A stretch of DNA of 63,124 bases, the filler included, from Welwitschia mirabilis (taxonomy: Eukaryota), in NCBI GenBank assembly GCA_051453625.1. It is 5 parts of one record of this genome, joined end to end, with 100 filler letters (N's around TTAATTAATTAA, not from the genome) between each part and the next. Parts side by side here need not be neighbours in the genome. Positions count along the whole stretch, not along the records: positions 38,494 to 57,568 come from JBOZIK010000001.1; positions 57,669 to 61,130 come from JBOZIK010000001.1; positions 61,231 to 63,124 come from JBOZIK010000001.1; 2 more parts are not named here. One strand, 5' to 3'. The notes below the pieces were generated by a model that was given only the letters and a program-made list of their open reading frames with translations, searched no databases and was not told the origin of the DNA. This document shows positions 54,601-63,124 of this stretch, piece by piece. The position numbers and the translations under genes are program-made. Within the stretch, counting starts at the first letter, position 1. Each line of letters opens with the position of its first letter.

Positions 54601-55269
54601 AAAAATACACTAATCCACAAGATGTAGTAGTCTTAATTTGTTAGAAATGTGCAAACATTCAAATATTACACAAACAATGCTTCAAATTTGGTAAACCTTA
54701 TATGCTCATTATATTTGTACTTACTGGTGATAATCAGGTTTGATGTTTACTCTCAAATATGTATTTGATTAACTAGTGTGTTAAGTATACTCAAAAAATC
54801 ATATTTTAGACAAAATGCTTAACAATTTGTTAAAATATGAGAGGCGAGATTAAGGAGTTAGTAAAACAATGCAAAAAGAAGCAAGAGTGGCAAATGAAAA
54901 ATCCAGCACATAAATTTAAAAAGAATCAATCCGCTAATAAATAGTATCACTTGTGATTCCTTGGTTACCCAAAGTTAATTATGAAGAAATTAAAATTGCA
55001 TGTTTGTTCACAATGATTTCAAAGCATTAAATAAAACAAAAATGGAAACTTCAGCGACGTGGAAACAACAACGTTGGAATAAAGTCCAGCGGATGACAAA
55101 GTGGGAGTTTCAGTGTCAACTCCTATATGAGTCTACACACCCTCCATGGTACCCCCGTTACTATCGTTCTTAGAGCTAGTGATATTCTGATAGTGCCTGT
55201 GTTTAGACAACTCCTAAAGATTTTTGGAACCTATTTGTGCTTCATATAAAAACAAATAATATTTGTGAT

Positions 55270-55425
55270 TCGTATGAAAACAAATAACAAAAAAATAAAT
55301 ATATGGACAGAATACGACTCTGTCTTGGCATCCACTGGCCGTCTTATTTGTACTTCTTATAAAAGAAAATAACAAAAAATGAATCTATGACAGAATATGA
55401 CTCCGTGTTGGCATCCACTGGCTTT
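55270..55425. repeat. Tandem duplication of about 83 bp
   Basis: AAATAACAAAAAA...GACAGAATAYGACTCYGTSTTGGCATCCACTGGC occurs twice. Confidence 0.8.
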
Positions 55426-55429
55426 TCTC

Positions 55430-56190
55430 CAGCAAGTCATACGCCTTTAGTGAGTAAGAACGAGCTGTCGAGATAACAGTTTATACTGGAAATGGCCATT
55501 AATGGCAATAGAGAAACCTGTAAAATGCCTGCATTTCAGCTTTTGTAGAATAGACCTACAAAATAACTTGGAAGACAACTCAAAAAAGATGAAAATGAAA
55601 CTCAAAAACTTGTACGCTGTGCAAAATCAACCTCTATAGAAATTCCAAATTAGAAACAAGAAATTAAACCCTAGACGTCAAGAAGAGATCAAGCAAACTT
55701 CGTGAATCACAGCCAAGCACGTAGTCGGCTATTCTCCTCTGCTAGAGCATATTTCTCAAAAACAATTATTATAAGTCTTTACCTGTAAATGTCAAAACCC
55801 TGCCTTTTCCCTTAAAACTTACAAGACATTCTAACTAAACGACTATTTTCCGCTGAGTTCTTCTTCGGTAAGAGCTAATATCTGATTCAACTGGTGATAA
55901 GCCTGAATCCTTGTCTTCACCATGGCTCGTCTTGGGACGCTCTGCTTTAGCCTGGTTTCCTTTGGTGCTGCTTACATATTGCACATGAGACGACTTGGAT
56001 TTTTCAGATATTCTCGACTGAGATTTATCATTGACAGGCTCCCATTGGTTATTAGCATGACATGTACAGAAGATTCCGCTTTTCCATGCCACAGGAGTGA
56101 AAATGGATCTTCTAAGCCTTCTTCCACGGTATAAATCGCCTGGATGAAGTTCGAATTCGAGTTAGTTTATGACATAAATATAGGCTGCAG
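55430..56190 (-). pseudogene. Possible spliced host-gene remnant, product unknown
   Basis: CpG-retaining, non-TE-like sequence. Minus-strand acceptor-like sites (polypyrimidine-CTGCAG at 56185-56210; TTTACAG at ~55783 and ~55518). An open stretch runs from ~56160 to 55835. No family recognised. Confidence 0.3.
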
Positions 56191-56227
56191 TTAACGGGAG
56201 AAAAAAAAAGGAACAGAGAAAAATGTC

Positions 56228-56573
56228 TTTTAGGAAATTTATCAAACACAAATAAGGCAGAAAGAGGTGAACTGAAATTATACCCTTTATTTATGCTGGA
56301 AGCTGACCTTAAATAAGAAGAAAATACAACAAACTCTCAGTAAAACACTGACCCACTAACAGAGACATAACAGACCACATATTGCTAACTAACCCCTAAA
56401 AATCTGCAACAACGACTTCCACAAAACAACCCTTATTTAACTAAATCAAAAGAAAATTCAAATAATTAAAATAAAACGACTTCCACAAAACAACCCTTAT
56501 TTAACTAAATCAAAAGAAAATTCAAATAATTAAAATAAAATAATAAATTAAATTTTTACGTTAATCTTTAACA
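56228..56573 (-). repeat. Copia 3' LTR containing a perfect 64-bp tandem duplication (56411-56474, 56475-56538)
   Basis: The minus strand reads PPT AAGGGGGAG then TGTTAA; left end approximate. Confidence 0.75.
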
Positions 56574-57568
56574 CTCCCCCTTAATGTAGAAATTACCAAC
56601 AACTAACAACTCTCTCGAATACATGAATTTCTTTGCTTGAAGTGGTTTGGTAAACAAATCAGCAACTTGGTCATTAGTGCTGTAGTACTCGATCTCTCCT
56701 TTTCTAACAAGTTCTCTTATGAAATGATGACGGGTCTCTATGTGCCTTGTTCTATTGTAATGAACAGGATTCTTTGCCATTGCAATTGTTGATTGATTAT
56801 CACAATAAATGGTGGTCGCTTCCATTTGAGTTTGCTTTATATCACCTAAGATTTTTCGCATCCAAATGGCTTGACAAGCTACTGCAGTAACAGCCATGTA
56901 CTCAGCTCCTGAAGATGACAAAGCCATTGAAGGTTGTTTCTTTGAGCTCCATGAAATAACTCCAGTACCCATAGTAAAGACATAACCTGTTGTATTTTTC
57001 CAATCATCAATGTAGCCTCCCCAATCACTAATGATTCGTTTGGCAGCTCCCAAATGTTGCTTTCTTGAACTTTGCATAAATCTAGATAAGAGACTTGTTG
57101 CTTGCAAAATATCAGGTCTGCTGTTTTTGAGATACAACAAACTCCCTATCAAATTCTGATACAATTGAGCTTCAATTTTTTCTTCCCAATCATCCAAGCA
57201 AAACGTTCGATTAGTGCACATAGGAGTACTCATAGGATTGCAATATTTCAAATTGAACCTCTTAAGAAGAACATTAACATACTTTTCTTGAGAAACAAAA
57301 ATACCTTCACTGCACTACTTAATTTCCAGCCCCAAAAAGAAATTCATCATGCCCAAATAAGTCATCTCAAATTCATTTATAATCAGCCTCTTAAACTCAT
57401 TCAACAAGATGTTACTATTGCTAGTATAAATAAGATCATCAGCATAGAGGCAAATAATGAGAATGTCAGCTGTACCTCTAGTTTTCATGTACAAATTCGG
57501 CTTACTTAGACTTCTTTGAAAGCCATTGTTGTTGAAATACCCATCAATTCTTCCATACCAGGCCCGTG
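56568..57568 (-). mobile_element. Ty1/copia RT-RNaseH C-terminal part, comparatively young
   Basis: RAWY, LYADDL, IGSLLYL..SRPDI, WSSKKQ, AEYMA, IYCDNQSTI, HIETRHHFIRE, QVADLFTKPL. PPT at 56574-56582. Cut by a scaffold linker. Confidence 0.95.
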
Positions 57569-57668
57569 NNNNNNNNNNNNNNNNNNNNNNNNNNNNNNNN
57601 NNNNNNNNNNNNTTAATTAATTAANNNNNNNNNNNNNNNNNNNNNNNNNNNNNNNNNNNNNNNNNNNN

Positions 57669-58081
57669 ATGATAAGGGAAAGGAAATCCAGTGTTATTCA
57701 TGCAAAGGATTTGGACATATGACCAACAAATGTCCCAACACTAGAAGAGAAAGCAGGAAGATTAAAAAATTCTCATTGATGATAACTTGGGATGATGAAG
57801 ATGATGAAGACAAAGAAAACTATTTAGATCATGAATCAGATAGAGAAAGAAGATTATCATTCATGGACCTAGTATTATCTCTCAAGAATGTGCCTAGTAC
57901 TTCTACCTTAAAGGACTTAGATATAATTGATAAGAAGAAAGATGAGTTAGAAGTAACATGTCAAAAATTGTATGAAGAATGTAAGAAGCTCGCCAAAAGA
58001 ATCAATGACTTAAACAAATTAATAAAGTCCATCACAAAAGAAAAGAAGGAAGTAGAAGAAAAGTGTAAAGTTCTCAAAGCT
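57669..58081 (+). mobile_element. SIRE-like gag zinc-knuckle fragment, paralogous to ~58806-59221
   Basis: CYSCKGFGHMTNKCP...ITWDDEDDEDKENY, nearly the same as ORF 58656-59120. Confidence 0.75.
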
Positions 58082-58181
58082 NNNNNNNNNNNNNNNNNNN
58101 NNNNNNNNNNNNNNNNNNNNNNNNNNNNNNNNNNNNNNNNNNNNNNNNNNNNNNNNNNNNNNNNNNNNNNNNNNNNNNNNN

Positions 58182-61130
58182 CCATGATCTTGATTTTATT
58201 ATTTATTTATATGCATTTACTAATTATATTTTGTTAAGTTATTTTAAGCTTAAAGTTTTTACAAATAATCTATTCATCCCCCTTCTAGGGTTCTCAATCC
58301 TATTATTTGGTATCAGATCTTAGGTTGGTCTTTGAGAGATTTTTATATATCTAGATTTAAGAACCCTAAAAGTGAGTAATCCAATAGATGGATTTTCAAT
58401 TGGTCGTCCACCCATGTTTGATGGTTTAAATTATTCCTACTGAAAAGTAAGGATGAGGATTTTTCTTAGATCCCTAGATGCCAATGTAGAAGAGGTCATT
58501 TATAAAGGTCATGCTTTGCCTATGATAGCCCAAACAGATGCAAATAGAAATACTATCTTGGTTTCCAAATCTAGATATTAATGGACTATTGTAGATAAAA
58601 CCAAAGCCTATGCACTTAAATTTACTAAAGATAGAAGAAAAGGTATTGCTTTGAAATGTGTGCAGGAGATGTGATAGTTCAGATGAAGAACTTGATGATG
58701 ATGAGGTGGCTCTTCTATCCACACATTTTAAAAGATTTTTCTATCGGAAAAAGAAAGCAGAACCAAGCAAGAATCCAAGGAAAAGCAATCCAAAACAAAG
58801 AAGAGAATAAGACAAGAAAAAGAAAATCCAGTTTCTATTCATGTAAAGGATTTGGACATATGACCAACGAATGTCCCAACACTAGAAAAGAAAATAGGAA
58901 ACCTAAAAATACCTCATTGGTGATAACTTGGGATAATGAAGATGATGAAGACAAGGAAAACTACTCAGATCATGGATCAGATAGAGAAAGAAGATTAACT
59001 TCCATGGCCCTAGTATCATCTCTGAAGAATGTACCTAGTACTTCAATATTAGATGACTTAAATATGATTTATAAGGAGGAAGATGAGTTAGAAGAAACAA
59101 ATCAAGAGTTATATGAATAATGTGAGAAGCTTATCAAAAAAATCAATGAATTGAATAAATTAGTAAAGACCATTATAAAAGAAAAGGAGAAAGTAGAAGA
59201 AAAGTATACAGTACTCAAAGCTGAGAACTTCAGGTTAAATACTCAAGTAAATGATCTTTTATTTTTTATAAATAAGTTCTTTGATAGTTCATCTAAATTG
59301 AAATAGATTTTTAGAATAAGAAAGTAAAATGGAAACAAATTAGGTATTGGTTTTGAAGCATAGATCTCTTGAAAATAGATAAACCAAACAAGTAAGTTTG
59401 TGTCTAATATATTATGAAATTTTTTGTGGTAGGCTTGGTCATTCTTAACTATTTTGCAAATTTAGATATATGATGTTTATCTCTAATATGTGAGTGCTTT
59501 ACTGTTTAAATTTATTCTAAAGAAGAATATACCACCTAAGTTAAATAAGACTAAGTGGGTTAAAACTAATAATCTCTCAAGCTTTATGCCACAGATAAAT
59601 TATAGAGAATCTCATGTGGAAACCTGGTATCTAGATAGCAGTTTTTCAATGCATATGATAGGAGATAAATAAAGTTTTTAAAGGTTAAAGAGCATAAATA
59701 ATGGAGAAGTCATTTTTGAAAACAACCAAATATTAAAAATAGAAGGTACATGAAGAATCAAAGAAGGTATGTCATCTAATTTCAATATTGTACTTTATGT
59801 GAATAGCTTACAATACAACATATTAAGCATTAGTCAATTATGTGATAAAGGAAATAGAATAATCTTTGATAAATCTAAGTGTAAAGTTTAGAATGAGAAA
59901 ACAGATATTATTATTTTATGTGCAAAACATGTTGATAATGCTTACAGTTTAGATATTAAAATCTTAGATCAATTAATGCATGTAAGCCAACAATTCAGGA
60001 AAGATAGTGATAAAATTAAATGTTTTTCTGTTAATTATGATGTAAAATTTAGTTCTAATAATTATTCTATCTATCATAAAAGTGATCTAGAGTTAAGTAC
60101 ACCATTCCTTGGTTAATTACAGGGTAGTTAACTAGATCTATTATTTCTTCGATCGGATGTGGTCGGTCAATCAATCTAAAATCCTGGTTTCTTGGACCCC
60201 TTCCCGTATTGTAAACTTGCATCTCGATGGGTTAAGTGGATGTTAGAGTGGTTAACCAAATTTAATGGATTATAATGCAGAAGTACCGTCAGTGGATCTG
60301 ATTTCTTTGTAAAATCCATCCTATTTTCTTCATTCTATAAAAGAACTAAATCTGTAACCCTTTTCCATCTCATTCTAGTGTCTTCAAATATAGTGAGTTT
60401 CTTCAAGTCTAAGAAATCTTTGCAACCAGATCCAATGTTTTTGTTAGTTCTTCTTTACTTCAAGATCTTAGAATGGCAGCTAGCACTTTCAGGAGAGGCC
60501 CAAAGGGAGGTGCTTTAAGGGAACGTTCTTACTTCTTTCATGGAATGTCTGAAGAAGCCTTGGATAAGTTCTATGAGAAGTTCGAAAAGAAACCTGTGTG
60601 CTAGGAGCATTCTATAGCTTCATCAGAGCTTAAAGAACTAAGAGATGTTATTCAGCTATTAAGATATCAAGATCTAGATCATTTCTTAGATGTCTTAGGT
60701 CTTTTATATCTTTTTCTTACTATAATGTTTAACTGCACTGCTACTTTTAATCATGATACTAGGACTCTAAAAACCCTAGTTTTGGGTAGAAGGATCAGAG
60801 TGACAGCAGATCTTATTTTTAAGTTGACTGATCTTTCTCAAGAATACCATGAGGAATTTTGGCCTCTAAGGGACACAATGGAAGATAAGCCAGCAATCAC
60901 CAGGGAGATTTGCACTAAAATTCATTCTTGGAAGCATACTATTTCTACTTCCTTGTTGACTCCTAAATATCATTTTATCCACTTGATCTTTACTTATAAT
61001 TTTCTATCTTTATCTAGCTATCGTGATGAGGCCTCCAACTATAAAGCTTATTTAATGTATTTGGTAAGAACTGAGCATTCTATTGATGCTCCTTCCATAA
61101 TATTGAAAATATGGCTTTATAGTTGGAGTA
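58182..61130 (+). mobile_element. SIRE-like copia deletion derivative: LTR end, Met PBS (58308-58319), partial gag, protease and env-like ORF
   Basis: CTATTCATCCCCCTTCTAG (SIRE LTR 3' motif) followed by TGGTATCAGATC; RPPMFDGLNYSY*KVRM; SCKGFGHMTNECP; WYLDSSFSMHMIGDK; NILSISQLCDKG. No INT or RT follows; an extra ORF runs ~60470-61130. Confidence 0.8.
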
Positions 61131-61230
61131 NNNNNNNNNNNNNNNNNNNNNNNNNNNNNNNNNNNNNNNNNNNNTTAATTAATTAANNNNNNNNNNNNNN
61201 NNNNNNNNNNNNNNNNNNNNNNNNNNNNNN

Positions 61231-61263
<33 letters not shown>
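61231..61263. repeat. (AG)n microsatellite
   Basis: Direct reading. Confidence 0.9.
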
Positions 61264-63124
61264 TTTCTGATATAGTAAAGTGCCTAGATAGCACAAGACA
61301 TCAGCATTGAAAGCTTAGATCAGTGCTTAATGATGATGATTAATTGCACAAGTTCAGACCATATTTTTGAATATTGATATAGATTCCTTTAAGTGATCTT
61401 TTCAAAATGTAAGCGAGCCACATTCATTCTAATAGATGGAGGTATATAGGAAGAGGATAGAGAAAAGCCATTGGTGGTTGAAAACCACAATTAACATCTA
61501 TAAATGGCTATATTTTTGCATTAACAAATATATCCTCGGACATCCCATTGAAAAAGTTTGGACATTCTTATTTTTAATCTTCATTTCTGGACAACTGAAT
61601 ATAGGGTTAGACATCCCTATTTCCAAGGTCAAACATCCCAGTTTGTCAGGACAAACATCCCGGTACAATAGATCCACATACAGAGTCAGACATCCCAGTT
61701 TATTAGGATGGATGTCCTAGTATATAAAATTGATTAGAGCTCTGGACGTCCCGATTACTCAGGATGGATGTCCTGATCTAGAGAAATCTTGTTTTCTTAT
61801 CTGAGAAACTTCATCATTGAAAATATTTGATGCAACAATCTCCCCCTTTTCAATGATAAAAAACCCTGAAATGTGCACGTTACTCTTAATTTGTAAGGTT
61901 TAGGAAGAAAACAAATTTTCTCCCTCATAGATGAATAACCCAGTAAACTAGCTGAAGTAACGCTTCCTCGTGGTTTATTGATACTTATTATAAAAAAAAT
62001 TCTTTAGATTTCTATTATTAATAAAATACAAAGGTAAATGTACGAGTAATCTCCATATTTCTTCTCCTTTGTCATGAGGGAAAATGAAAGTGAACAAAAA
62101 TAAGTCCGTAAAAATTAAGTACTCAAAAAGTAATATGTATTACTAAAGAGTGATTACAATTTTTGAAAGAGAAAGTTGACTAAAAAAGATGACAAAGAGT
62201 GAAAAAAATGATAGGAGGATACAAGGATTTTAAGAGGAATGAGAAGAGGAAGAGGCTTAAGAACGTTGCTCTCCTAACGATTTCTCTTTCTTTGAATTGG
62301 TAGGAATGTCCAAATTGTAATCTGATAATCCAAATTAACACATGGTCAAATTTTTTATTCAGTTTATCAGTTGTAGCCTTGGTAAAGTCACGAACTTCAT
62401 GGATAGCTCTTAGTAAATCTGTATTAGAACATCATCTATGCTTGGCCCTTCTTTGGTTCTTTGTTTCTTCTTTGAAGGAGGAGTCGGGCCAATGATCTCA
62501 GAGAATATGTTCATCTTCTTTAGTGAATAAGGATCTAATGGTTTGGGAATTTTAACAATTTCCTCATCCTTTTGAATAACAAATTAATGATTCTCCAAAA
62601 TGGCTATAATGAGTCCTCCAAACGGAAGGTTGGAATGACTAACAATAAAGAACTGATTAATGTAAAACATAATAAACTTACATAAATTAATTTTAACACT
62701 TTTTCCTAGACAAAATAAAATATAGGCATACAGAGGAGAGAATTCATCTTTATGACTGAGTTTCAGGACCAACATATGCATAGAAATCTATAAGACAACT
62801 CGGTAGAATAATTTAAGCCTGTTGATTGGAATGTTAGCTCTCCAATGAAAGTTTTCACCACAAAATCCTATAGTCAATATTTCTTTTGGAATTGCCTCTT
62901 GTAATAAGCTAATAGATGTTATTTCTCTAAGGAAACCTTCATTTGAATAGTTTATCAATAGAGAAATTACTTATAAATCTACTATCACTTCTCTTCCATA
63001 AACTCTAATGTAAATTACCCAAGAAGTAGAATCAAAATGGCCATTATAGTAAAATAAACATACCATTCTGACTGAGACTCTAGCATCAGGATCCAAGACA
63101 TTCATCTAGACTTATTCCTCAAAT
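61264..63124 (-). mobile_element. SIRE-like 3' end: LTR part (to 61837), PPT (61838-61849) and env-like ORF remnant
   Basis: The minus strand reads AAAGGGGGAGAT-TGTTGCA. The LTR holds a GGACATCC/GGACGTCC motif cluster at 61538-61777. ORF 62584-62781 ends NLPFGGLIIAILE (LP[YF]GxxxTxI motif of extra retroelement ORFs). Confidence 0.8.

Overview
This is plant (angiosperm-type) nuclear DNA from a gapped draft assembly, very AT-rich. Most of the window is nested, heavily decayed LTR retrotransposons: several Ty3/gypsy Athila-like elements with tRNA-Asp- or tRNA-Asn-type primer-binding sites, Tekay/Del-like chromovirus remnants, a young Ty1/copia RT-RNaseH end and two SIRE-like copia elements. One clearly intact host gene sits in a CpG-rich island: a single-exon NDR1/HIN1-like (LEA_2) gene at 48179-48847 (+). 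A possible spliced gene remnant lies at about 55430-56190 (-). Four 100-bp N44-TTAATTAATTAA-N44 blocks are artificial scaffold linkers, and several N-gaps are flanked by duplicated contig ends. I see no convincing novel biological system. The most interesting observations are two internally deleted non-autonomous retroelements (one with intact LTR pair and TSD), an unusually conserved ~210-bp Athila leader motif, Asn-primed Athila-like elements and strongly directional C>T/G>A decay. All family assignments come from motif recognition by eye, without database searches, and boundaries are approximate unless a terminal motif is quoted.
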